Shown: one piece after another, positions 8,917 through 17,142 of the stretch
Layout: the number at the start of each line of letters is the position of its first letter
Numbering within the stretch: the first letter of the stretch is position 1
Position numbers and translations under genes: made by a program
The notes under the pieces: generated by a model
Seen by the model: only the letters and a program-made list of their open reading frames with translations
Databases searched by the model: none
Told to the model about the DNA's origin: nothing
DNA from: Candidatus Micrarchaeota archaeon
Lineage (GTDB): Archaea; Micrarchaeota; Micrarchaeia; Micrarchaeales; CABMGC01
Direction: 5' to 3'
Length of the DNA: 62,545 nt
NCBI GenBank assembly: GCA_021792235.1
Contig: JAJYVC010000002.1
Span: forward strand, 1 to 62,545

Positions 8917-9906
8917 ATGCTGAGCTTGCATGCAACTTACAAGCGCATGGATATGAAGGAGCTTGAGGCGTGGTCTACGCTTGGCCAAGACCCGTTTGAA
9001 AATATGCTGCATTCAGGTCGCATTTGCGGCTACGTTATGCTAAAGACGTGCAATAGGGTAGAGATATACATAAGCAGTAAATCAAATGCAGATACTGCAG
9101 TAGAAATTGCAGCCGTCGCCGATAAGATTGGTTCCAAGAACTACTTTCTTCTGGAGGGCTTGGAATCCGCTAGACACCTAATGGAAGTATCTGCTGGCCT
9201 AGATTCAATGGTGATAGGGGATCAGGAGATACAAAGGCAGGTAAAGGAGGCCTTGATGGCGGCCCAGGTCTCCGGTGATGCTGATAGCATCCTTAATTAT
9301 GTATTCATGAAGGCGCTTAATGCGGGAAAGGAGGTTCGGGAAAAGACGCGAATATCAAGTGGCACTGTGTCAGTATCGCAGGTTGCAGTAAAGCTTCTTG
9401 AAGAAAGGAGCAGGGGCGAAATGTTTGGCAGGATTTGCATTATTGGCACGGGAAGAATGGGCATGTCAATAGCTAAATATCTAAGTAAGTACGGAAGATC
9501 TGTGTATCTGTCTGGCAGGTCACATGACAGACTAAGGAGAATAAGCGCGAAACTAGGCATTAATTATATAGACCTGGGCGATTTCAGCCCGGAGAGATTT
9601 GATTGCATAATTACTGCGACGTCTTCTCAAAGTCCGATAATAAAGATTGGCACGATTGATAAAAGTCCGGAGTTAGTGATTGACCTGGGGAATCCGAGGA
9701 ATGTTGATGCAGCCGGGAACAGAGGATATGTAGATTTGGATTCCTTGAAGGCCTTTGTGAGCAGGAACATAAGAGGCAGGTCAATGGAGATCGAGAAGGC
9801 GAAGGCCATAATAGACAGAAAGATAAGCCGTATGTCCAGGCATCCGTATTTTGAGGGCGGCCATGTGAGTCGCATTGAGCTGCACTCAGAGCTTGCAAAA
9901 CATTAA
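8917..9906 (+). CDS. hemA: glutamyl-tRNA reductase (short form, ~329 aa)
   Basis: Catalytic-Cys motif LKTCNRVEIY, an NAD(P) Rossmann motif ICIIGTGRMG, and GLDSMVIGDQEIQRQVK. It is about 80-90 aa shorter at the C-terminus than typical GluTRs. Confidence 0.85.
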   Translation: MLSLHATYKRMDMKELEAWSTLGQDPFENMLHSGRICGYVMLKTCNRVEIYISSKSNADTAVEIAAVADKIGSKNYFLLEGLESARHLMEVSAGLDSMVIGDQEIQRQVKEALMAAQVSGDADSILNYVFMKALNAGKEVREKTRISSGTVSVSQVAVKLLEERSRGEMFGRICIIGTGRMGMSIAKYLSKYGRSVYLSGRSHDRLRRISAKLGINYIDLGDFSPERFDCIITATSSQSPIIKIGTIDKSPELVIDLGNPRNVDAAGNRGYVDLDSLKAFVSRNIRGRSMEIEKAKAIIDRKISRMSRHPYFEGGHVSRIELHSELAKH

Positions 9907-9970
9907 TACTTTTGCATGCAGTACATGATATACAGACATCTTGTTGGATGCTGTTAAATCGTGATGGGTC

Positions 9971-11071
9971 ATGACATTTGCAAATAAGCCGGTTCTGGTC
10001 TTCTGGGAGATGACCAAGGCCTGCCCGCTAAGCTGTGCGCATTGCAGGGCCGATGCGATACGCAATCCTCTGCCGGGAGAATTGACTACCCAGGAAGGCA
10101 AAAGGCTGATAGATCAGATAACTCTATTCGGCAAGCCATATCCTGTAATGATATTCACGGGCGGGGATCCGCTTGCAAGGAAGGACCTTTATGATCTCCT
10201 GGAATATGCAAGGGACAAAGGCGTAAGTTTCGCTGTTAGCCCTGCTGTATCCGACAGCCTTACTCTTGAAGTGCTTAGAAAGCTCAAGGACATTGGAGTT
10301 TCTTCTATATCGGTCAGCCTAGATGGTTCAACGGGGGACACGCACGACGGCATAAGGCAGGTTGCAGGAACGTATGGCAGGACTATAGACACCATACGAA
10401 AGGCTATAGAAATCGGCCTGCCGATACAGGTGAACACTGCAGTCATGCGCAGAAACATGAGAGAAATGCCTGCCATTTTCAAGCTGATCCGTGGCTTGGG
10501 CGTGAGGACATGGGAGATCTTCTTCCTTGTAAAGACAGGCAGGGGGACTGGACTGGAGGATCTGTCCGCAGAAGAAAGTGAAAGTGTGTGCAATTTCCTA
10601 TACGATGCATCAAGATATGGAATGATTATAAGGACCGTAGAGGCGCCTTTCATACGCAGAGTCGTAAGACAAAGGACGCACAATGATCTCTACTGGAAAG
10701 AAGCAGTATATTATGGGATGAGACTTGAACTTAGGTCTGCCATGGGGGAACCGCATGGCCCTTCGACCATAAGGCCGCTGGGCACTCTAGACGGTGATGG
10801 GATCATATTCGTGTCACATAATGGAACAATATGCCCTGGTGGCTTCCTTCCACTGGAATTGGGCAACATGAAGGCTGACAATATTGTAGACGTTTATGCA
10901 GGGAACGGCATGCTCGTAAAGATAAGGAACAGGGAGTTTGAAGGGCCATGCGGCGAATGCGAATTCAGGAGCGAATGTGGAGGAAGCAGGGCCAGGGCAT
11001 GTGCATACTCTGGGAACCCGCTGGGATCAGATCCGTCGTGTATCCGTTCGGCAAGCGCCATGGGTGATTAG
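9971..11071 (+). CDS. radical SAM/SPASM-domain protein, AhbD/NirJ-like (putative O2-independent coproheme decarboxylase/haem synthase)
   Basis: CX3CX2C cluster motif in TKACPLSCAHCRA. C-terminal Cys-rich SPASM-like region: GTICPGG...GPCGECEFRSECGGSRARAC...DPSC. It sits between hemA and hemB. The functional subtype is inferred from context. Confidence 0.6.
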   Translation: MTFANKPVLVFWEMTKACPLSCAHCRADAIRNPLPGELTTQEGKRLIDQITLFGKPYPVMIFTGGDPLARKDLYDLLEYARDKGVSFAVSPAVSDSLTLEVLRKLKDIGVSSISVSLDGSTGDTHDGIRQVAGTYGRTIDTIRKAIEIGLPIQVNTAVMRRNMREMPAIFKLIRGLGVRTWEIFFLVKTGRGTGLEDLSAEESESVCNFLYDASRYGMIIRTVEAPFIRRVVRQRTHNDLYWKEAVYYGMRLELRSAMGEPHGPSTIRPLGTLDGDGIIFVSHNGTICPGGFLPLELGNMKADNIVDVYAGNGMLVKIRNREFEGPCGECEFRSECGGSRARACAYSGNPLGSDPSCIRSASAMGD

Positions 11072-11089
11072 ACGCCGGGTTTTCCGATA

Positions 11090-12037
11090 ATGAGGATGAG
11101 AAGATTACGGTCAAGCGAGGCCATAAGAAAGCTGTTTTCCGAGAGCAGAGTTGATACTTCAAAGCTCATAATGCCATTGTTCGTGCAGGAAGGCATAAAG
11201 GCGCGATCACCCATACCTTCAATGCCAAGACAATACCGGTATCCGCTTTCAGAGCTTGCAGGCATATCCTCAAAGATAGAGGAAGCTGGAATAGGGGCAG
11301 TGTTGCTTTTTGGAATACCGTCAAGCAAGGATGCGAAAGGCAGCGGAGCGTATGCCAAGAAGGGCATAATACAGAGGGCGGTTGAGGAGATAAAGGATGC
11401 ATCCTCGTTGGCTGTGATCGCAGACCTTTGCATGTGCGAGTACACAACATCTGGCCATTGCGGCGTATTGAAAGGAGGTGACGTGCACAATGATCTCACT
11501 CTCAATGCGTATGGAAAGATAGCTGTGTCGCAGGCTGACGCTGGTGCAGACATAATTGCACCTAGCGGAATGATGGATGGACAGGTTGCCAAGATACGAA
11601 AAGCATTGGATGCCAGCGGCCATGAGAATACACTCATAATGGCATATGCCGCAAAGATGGCCTCATCTTTTTATGGTCCGTTCAGGACTGCTGCGGACAG
11701 TACGCCAAAGAGCGGAGACAGGAAGTCATACCAGATGAGCTATTCGAATGCAAGGGAGGCTATGAGGGAGATTGCAATGGATGTAGAGGAAGGGGCAGAT
11801 GCAGTAATGGTAAAACCAGCGCTCACTAACCTGGATCTTGTAAGCAAGGCAAGGAGATTTGGGATTCCACTGGCTGCATACAACGTAAGTGGAGAGTATT
11901 CTGCAATAAATGCAGCTGCACAGCGTGGCTGGATAGATTACAAAAAGGCGGTGACAGAGGTATTGACATCCATTTCAAGGGCCGGAGCAGACATGATAAT
12001 AACCTATCATGCGCTTGAATTTGCCGGATGGAAATAG
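11090..12037 (+). CDS. hemB: porphobilinogen synthase (delta-aminolevulinate dehydratase), Zn-type
   Basis: MRMRRLRSSEAIRKLFSESRV, Cys-triad metal site DLCMCEYTTSGHCG, and Schiff-base region VMVKPAL. Confidence 0.9.
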   Translation: MRMRRLRSSEAIRKLFSESRVDTSKLIMPLFVQEGIKARSPIPSMPRQYRYPLSELAGISSKIEEAGIGAVLLFGIPSSKDAKGSGAYAKKGIIQRAVEEIKDASSLAVIADLCMCEYTTSGHCGVLKGGDVHNDLTLNAYGKIAVSQADAGADIIAPSGMMDGQVAKIRKALDASGHENTLIMAYAAKMASSFYGPFRTAADSTPKSGDRKSYQMSYSNAREAMREIAMDVEEGADAVMVKPALTNLDLVSKARRFGIPLAAYNVSGEYSAINAAAQRGWIDYKKAVTEVLTSISRAGADMIITYHALEFAGWK

Positions 12038-12043
12038 AGTATA

Positions 12044-12940
12044 TTAGGCAAAGCCGTTCCTTTTTGATATAGAGTACAGGCAACTTATTAGCTCCTTCGA
12101 GTAGTTTGGAGAGGTTGCTATTGCAACCTTACCTCCCGACTTATGTACGATTTCTGAGCATCTGATTCCGTCATCGTAAAGAGTCTCTAGATTATCGCTT
12201 ATGAAGCCTATCGGAGCGACTACGAAGTTTTTGGAGCCTGAAGATATCCTTGACTTTATGTGGTCATATATCACAGGACCAAGCCATGTACCACCAGACA
12301 TGCCGACGCTCTGGAATACCAGGGACCAGTTATCAATACCAAGCTTCCTGGAAACGAGACCTGACGCCTCACTGAGCTGACCTTTGTAGGTTTCAAGGTT
12401 ATCGGCATCGGTTATGGGAAGGCTGTGGGCAGTGAACACAAGTTCGGACTCGACTCCGCAGTCTTTGGCCGCCCTTGAAACGCTGTCGGACCAGTAAGAT
12501 ATCAATTCTGGCTCGTCGTGCCATGACTTGACATACTTCAATTTGACATTTGCGCCAATGTGCGATTCTTCAAGTTGCTTGAAATAACTCTCAGTGCCTA
12601 TCTTTGAGTAGAAAGGCGCCAGGGGCAGGCAGAGAAGTTCTGTTATTCCGTCATTTGCTATCTGCATTGCAGTCTCTTCTATGAACGGGGAGGAATGCTT
12701 CATACCTACATATACTTTGGTATCACTGCCGTGACTTTTTAGTGATTCGCGCAGCATGCTGACCTGCTTGCCGGTTATATCATTCAGGGGGGATATTCCG
12801 CCTATGCTGAGATATCTTCTCTGAAGCTCATCGATTTCCGCATCGCTGGGCCTCTTCCCTCTCCTTATGCTGGTAAAATACTCGCCAACTTGATCTGTGG
12901 ATTTAGGACTGCCGTATGCCATTAGGATTATGCCCTTCAT
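12044..12940 (-). CDS. hemH: ferrochelatase (paralog 1)
   Basis: MKGIILMAYGSPKS...RRYLSIGGISPL, FTAHSLP (catalytic His), FQSVG..GTWLGP, and GFISDNLETLYD (catalytic Glu). Confidence 0.85.
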   Translation of the reverse strand: MKGIILMAYGSPKSTDQVGEYFTSIRRGKRPSDAEIDELQRRYLSIGGISPLNDITGKQVSMLRESLKSHGSDTKVYVGMKHSSPFIEETAMQIANDGITELLCLPLAPFYSKIGTESYFKQLEESHIGANVKLKYVKSWHDEPELISYWSDSVSRAAKDCGVESELVFTAHSLPITDADNLETYKGQLSEASGLVSRKLGIDNWSLVFQSVGMSGGTWLGPVIYDHIKSRISSGSKNFVVAPIGFISDNLETLYDDGIRCSEIVHKSGGKVAIATSPNYSKELISCLYSISKRNGFA

Positions 12941-12961
12941 TTTTGCACCTTAATTCTGTAT

Positions 12962-13005
12962 TTGATATGTTCATTTGATATACCATGTTGATATTTAATT
13001 GATAT
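12962..13005. repeat. four direct copies of TTGATAT at 13/13/11-bp spacing, upstream of hemH paralog 1
   Basis: Copies at 12962, 12975, 12988 and 12999. Copies 1 and 4 extend to TTGATATGTT. They lie in the 104-bp spacer between the hemH start (12940) and the TnpB stop (13045). Confidence 0.6.
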
Positions 13006-13037
13006 GTTATGCATGCTGCTTTATGTTGTGACATCCT

Positions 13038-13058
13038 CTCCTAACTAAAGGTTAGGAG
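13038..13058 (-). repeat. perfect 8-bp stem / 5-nt loop hairpin straddling the TnpB stop codon (candidate IS right-end / omega-RNA structural element)
   Basis: CTCCTAAC (13038-13045), TAAAG loop, GTTAGGAG (13051-13058). Confidence 0.55.
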
Positions 13059-14271
13059 CTTCCCCTGCGTTTGCAGAGTCTGTTCCCAGCTCTTCGAGTC
13101 CGTTTGCATTCCCTGTTGGGATGTATTGACGATTCTCTCCCAGAGCGTGACTTTGGGAGTGTCCCTCCCTAGCTCTCTTGAGTATATTTATGGATGCGTT
13201 CATGTCCCTGTCCAGCTGCAACCTGCATCTATCGCAGTTGAATGCCATTATTTCCAGCGGCATCTCCATGATGTTGCCGCAGTTACTGCATTCCTTTGAA
13301 GTGTTATTGGGATTGACTTTTATTACTGCCTTTCCCCTTTCCTGCGCCTTGTAGGTCAGGAACTGCACAAACCTGCTCCATGAGGCGCTTTGGATTGACT
13401 GCGCAAGACGATGGTTTCTTTCCATGTTCTGGATCCTCAGTGCCTCTACTGCGAATGACGTGAATCCTCCATTTGCTAACTTTTGCGGAAGTTTGTGCAT
13501 GAAGTCGTTTGACTGACTTGTTACTGCGTTCCATTCTTCCTGAAGATGATACTTTGCCTTCTGTCTTCTCTTTTGAGCCCTTCTTGCGCCTGGCGACTAT
13601 TTTCTGCCATCTCGCAATCTTCTTTTCAGCCTTCTTGAAGAACTTTGGCTTCTGGAATGTCTCTCTGTTTGAAAGCGCAATGAAGTTATTGAGTCAGAGG
13701 TCTATGCCGACTGGGTTTGTATCCTTTATCTCTGGGATTTGTTTATGCTGAACTGCGGTAAATATTGCATAGTAATTGTTTTCTTCCTTTGCGATTGTCA
13801 GGGTCTTTATCTTGCCTTCTATATTCCTGTGCATCTCCATCCTTATCGTACCTGATATTTTTGATACCCTGAGCCTGTCTTTCTCTATCCTGAATGAGCC
13901 GTTGTTCTCTATGTGGGTGATGGATTTGTATTTATCCGTTGACTTGAACTTGGGAAATCCCTTTTTCTTTGCGTCTTCATTGCATCTGCCAAAGAAGTTT
14001 TGGTATGCCCTGAGCATCCTGTTCCTTATGTCTACCCTTACGTGGGCATAAAGGCGGTGATATTTTTGTCTTCTTTGAGTATCTCATTCATGTATTGATT
14101 AATGGTTCTCTGTGAAACTTTGCGTGACTGAATTGTCTTTTCCAGCAATTTGTTGTATAGTTCATGTGCAAGGAATATGGATTCGTCTATCTACTTCTGC
14201 CTTTTGAAGTCAGGGTAGAGCCCGAACTTGTAAACATGGACTATTTCCATGTTTCCTGTTTTGTTTTCCAT
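13045..14271 (-). pseudogene. tnpB: IS200/IS605-family TnpB (OrfB) RNA-guided nuclease gene, disrupted by at least 2 in-frame stops and 2 frameshifts
   Basis: Fragments read by hand. MEIVHVYKFGLYPDFKRQK* has its stop at 14191-14193, then a frameshift near 14040-14050. ...NPVGIDL* has TGA at 13694-13696 in place of the Gly codon of the GIDLG RuvC-I motif, then a frameshift near 13565-13580. The last fragment, ...FAVEALRIQNM (RuvC-II Glu)...CSNCGN..FNCDRCRLQLDRDMNASINI, carries the Zn finger and RuvC-III. Confidence 0.85.
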
Positions 14272-14301
14272 TCTTATATACCTTCTTGCACGCCATTACT
14301 C

Positions 14302-15312
14302 CTATCTCAAGGATAGAAGTTTGCGAGCGTGTTGAATTTTATCAACCACGATATCTGATAAGGCCTCGGCAAGCTTTGCAGACCCGTTAAGTGGCTTCAC
14401 CAGTGTTATACCTATTCTTGAAGCGGATGCCGCTTCCTTGCACATCGCAGCCAAGCCGTATAAGGTTTCGAAATTGTCGGCCACATATCCAAGCGGTACT
14501 ATGAGCACGTGATCGTACCCATTCTCCTTGCATTCTCGCACGAATCCAGTTATCTCTCTTACAGGCGCCGGATGTCCGCCAGTATAGTAGGCGCATGACC
14601 AATCTTGCAGGTCTAGGGACTTGGCGATTCTAGCTGCAAATGATTCAAAATTCCTTATATACGGATCACCGCCGTCTATGAACACCTTGGGCAGGCTGTG
14701 CGTAGCGAAGATGACCATCGTCCGGAGTTTCCTAAGCTTTGCGTATGGCTTTGATATTGCACTTTGCCAAGCTTCAGATAATTTCTCATTGTCATCCCAA
14801 GACTTCACTATGACTCCGTTTTTGCCGAACCCGTATTTCTTCAGGCTTGAGACAAACGTTTCTTCGTACTCATCACCGTATACCTTTGAGTATGTAGGGA
14901 ACATCACTATCCCTATTAACAGGGGGTTTGGGGAATTTTTGGCCTTTGCTACTGCTTCGTCTATTGATGGTCGCAGATGCTTCATTCCAACAAGAACCTT
15001 TGCGTCAATACCGATATTTTTCAACCTTGAATGTAGCATATTGGCTTGCTTAAGGGTTATTCTTACCAGGGGAGATCTGCCGCCTATTTTAGTATATTTC
15101 TCCCGAAGGGCTGCGAGCTGGTCTTCAGAAGGCTTCTTTAGGGCGTTGGCTACAGTGGCTGCATTGCGCGGATCTTTTAGAATACCAGCTACTAGCGACC
15201 TTGTTATTTTATGGTTGCGGTGCATGCTGCCCAGATAATCAGCTATCCCTTTCCTTCCATGTGGGCTTCCAACACTCATCAATATTACAAAGGTTTGATG
15301 TTCCGAATACAT
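14302..15312 (-). CDS. ferrochelatase-family protein (divergent paralog 2)
   Basis: FVILMSVGSPHG, KYTKIGGRSPL, FATHSLP, LGYVADNFETLYG. It lacks the FQS...WLGP motif (it has CAYYTGGHPAPVREI instead) and carries a ~30-aa N-terminal insertion relative to paralog 1. Confidence 0.7.
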   Translation of the reverse strand: MYSEHQTFVILMSVGSPHGRKGIADYLGSMHRNHKITRSLVAGILKDPRNAATVANALKKPSEDQLAALREKYTKIGGRSPLVRITLKQANMLHSRLKNIGIDAKVLVGMKHLRPSIDEAVAKAKNSPNPLLIGIVMFPTYSKVYGDEYEETFVSSLKKYGFGKNGVIVKSWDDNEKLSEAWQSAISKPYAKLRKLRTMVIFATHSLPKVFIDGGDPYIRNFESFAARIAKSLDLQDWSCAYYTGGHPAPVREITGFVRECKENGYDHVLIVPLGYVADNFETLYGLAAMCKEAASASRIGITLVKPLNGSAKLAEALSDIVVDKIQHARKLLSLR

Positions 15313-15502
15313 AGACTACAGCCCAAGCAAATTTGCTTCGTACTTAATATTAACACCATAACCCAATATTAATACATATAATGCCCTTTCTGCCGCATTA
15401 CTTGCCAGCACAAGTGTGTGCGTTGATGAGGATCTGGCCAGTTTATAACGTGGTTGTAAAAACAGTAATGTTTTTAGACCTATACAAAATATAATTATTA
15501 GT

Positions 15503-16981
15503 ATGGCCAGTGGTGCAGTACAGTCTGCCAAAAGTAGAGCTACGGGAAGAAAGGAGGACGCGGAAGGAAGCATAATGGGAGATATTAAAGCGGTTGCAGA
15601 AGAATACATGATAGAGAGCGGGCCATCTTATGGCAACAACTTCTTCTTCACTATAGGAGTTTATCTGTTGCTGCTTTTCGGTGTTCTTGTAGTGACAGGG
15701 ATAGTGATGGTGCTGTTCGGACCTTACTGGTGGGATCTTACTTCTATTGGTACGTTTATACGCAGCATACACATGTGGGCTGCAGAAGCGTTTGTCACAC
15801 TTATATTCATACACCTATTTGTCAATTTCAGCACTTCTGCATTCAGGAAAAGGAAGCTGATGTGGATAATAGGATCAGTAATGCTCATGCTAGTGCTTCT
15901 TGAGTTCGCATTTGGTGTAGGTATGGGTGGCAGCTTGCTGGCCCAGGCAAACCAGCAGGCCGGATCTGATCTCTGGAACGGGATGGGCCTAGGTTACTGG
16001 ATAAATCCAATGAATTCAGGCGCGGTTCTAGGCTGGCATATTGCCATCATACCGATAATCCTGATAGCGCTTATGTTCCTGCACTACAGCATTGTGCGCA
16101 AGAGAGGTCTAGTTACGCCATACAGGAAGGACATACCTTACAGTGTGACGCCGATAGACCATAAAATGATGTATAAGCGTATGATCTACCTTCTAATTAT
16201 AGTGCTAGCCTTCGCAGTGCTGTTCAGGGCCCCGTATATGCCGCCACTGACCATAAGCCAGGCAGCCAATCAGAATCCGGACGCTGTTGCAAGCGCATTC
16301 CTAAACGAATCTAACATGACATCCGCTACAGCCACCTACATCGACACGATAGATCCTTTCAGATTCAACACGCGGTACGTGTATGTCACCTATCCATATT
16401 CTGTATACTTGAATCTAACGCACTCGAAAAACCTTGAGGCACAGTTCCTAGCGGAAAGCACATCACAGCAAAACGACACGCTGGCACAGGCATATGCTTA
16501 TTTCGAGGCCAATGGAAGCATCAGGAGCGGGACCAATTCCACCAATCCGATGATAGGGTTAGCTTCAACGCTTACATACATGGCGCAAACTGGAGCATAC
16601 CAGCCAATCCTTCAAAGCGAAGTTGCTGGAGGCATGAACTATACCTATGTTATAAGGTTCCTGTACGACACAGGTGCACTGTGGAATGCCGCAAGCCAGT
16701 ACAACATAAGCGTGCCGCAGTGGGGCATGCTTACAGTAGGCGGCAACCCCCCATTGCGTCTGGAGTACTGGCTTATACCTTATAATTTCATGCAGATAGC
16801 GATGGCTGGAGTGCCTTGGTGGAATGACCTTGAAAACGGCACAGTAGTATTCTTGGCATTCCTGATATTCCTATTCTTGCCATACATACCAGGACTTAGG
16901 GCAATACCTGATAAATTAAAACTTTATAAATTGTTCTGGAACAGGTTTACCGTGCCTGAGATGCGGAAGGAGAAAAAGTAG
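15503..16981 (+). CDS. cytochrome b N-terminal-domain protein fused to a large Asn-glycosylation-rich extracytoplasmic domain
   Basis: Two bis-His helices: IHMWAAEAFVTLIFIH (His-x13-His) and WHIAIIPIILIALMFLH (His-x14-His). About 5 N-terminal TM helices, then ~220 aa with 8 or more NxS/T sequons, then a terminal TM helix. Alternative start at ATG 15575. Confidence 0.7.
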   Translation: MASGAVQSAKSRATGRKEDAEGSIMGDIKAVAEEYMIESGPSYGNNFFFTIGVYLLLLFGVLVVTGIVMVLFGPYWWDLTSIGTFIRSIHMWAAEAFVTLIFIHLFVNFSTSAFRKRKLMWIIGSVMLMLVLLEFAFGVGMGGSLLAQANQQAGSDLWNGMGLGYWINPMNSGAVLGWHIAIIPIILIALMFLHYSIVRKRGLVTPYRKDIPYSVTPIDHKMMYKRMIYLLIIVLAFAVLFRAPYMPPLTISQAANQNPDAVASAFLNESNMTSATATYIDTIDPFRFNTRYVYVTYPYSVYLNLTHSKNLEAQFLAESTSQQNDTLAQAYAYFEANGSIRSGTNSTNPMIGLASTLTYMAQTGAYQPILQSEVAGGMNYTYVIRFLYDTGALWNAASQYNISVPQWGMLTVGGNPPLRLEYWLIPYNFMQIAMAGVPWWNDLENGTVVFLAFLIFLFLPYIPGLRAIPDKLKLYKLFWNRFTVPEMRKEKK

Positions 16982-17051
16982 CCCCAGCCAGATTCGAACT
17001 GGCGTACACGGGTCCAAAGCCCGTGGTCCTTGGCCGCTAGACGATGGGGCT
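16979..17051 (-). tRNA. tRNA-Gln (anticodon UUG)
   Basis: Hand-folded cloverleaf: acceptor AGCCCCA/TGGGGCT, D stem GTCT/GGAC, anticodon stem ACGGG/CCCGT with loop CTTTGGA, T arm GCCAG-TTCGAAT-CTGGC. No encoded CCA and no intron. Confidence 0.9.
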
Positions 17052-17075
17052 ATGATTCTGTTTTGGAGTAATTCC

Positions 17076-17083
17076 TATAAATA
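17076..17083 (-). promoter_or_regulatory. candidate TATA box for tRNA-Gln
   Basis: The minus strand reads TTATTTATAGG, with the TATA element ending about 24 nt upstream of tRNA position 1. Confidence 0.4.
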
Positions 17084-17142
17084 ACGCATCCTAGGGGCTT
17101 ATTGCTTTAGTCTGGCGCTTGCGCACCCTAGCGCGTTTGAGA

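Larger units (their letters stand above)
13020..14300 (-). mobile_element. remnant IS200/IS605-type element (tnpB only, no tnpA). Ends not determined.
   Basis: It contains only the decayed tnpB and fills the whole spacer between the two ferrochelatase genes. The boundaries given are approximate. Confidence 0.5.

Noticed and set aside
12962-13005. Checked whether the TTGATAT repeats, or any other repeats in the window, form a CRISPR array.
   Set aside because: The repeat unit is only 7-10 nt with 4-6-nt spacers, far below CRISPR dimensions. No array of 24-40-nt repeats was seen anywhere in the window.
15415-15480. UGAUGA-like C box (GTTGATGAGG) in the hemH2/cytochrome b intergenic region, as a possible C/D-box sRNA.
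   Set aside because: There is no CUGA D box or terminal stem within 50-70 nt, so the hexamer alone is not evidence.
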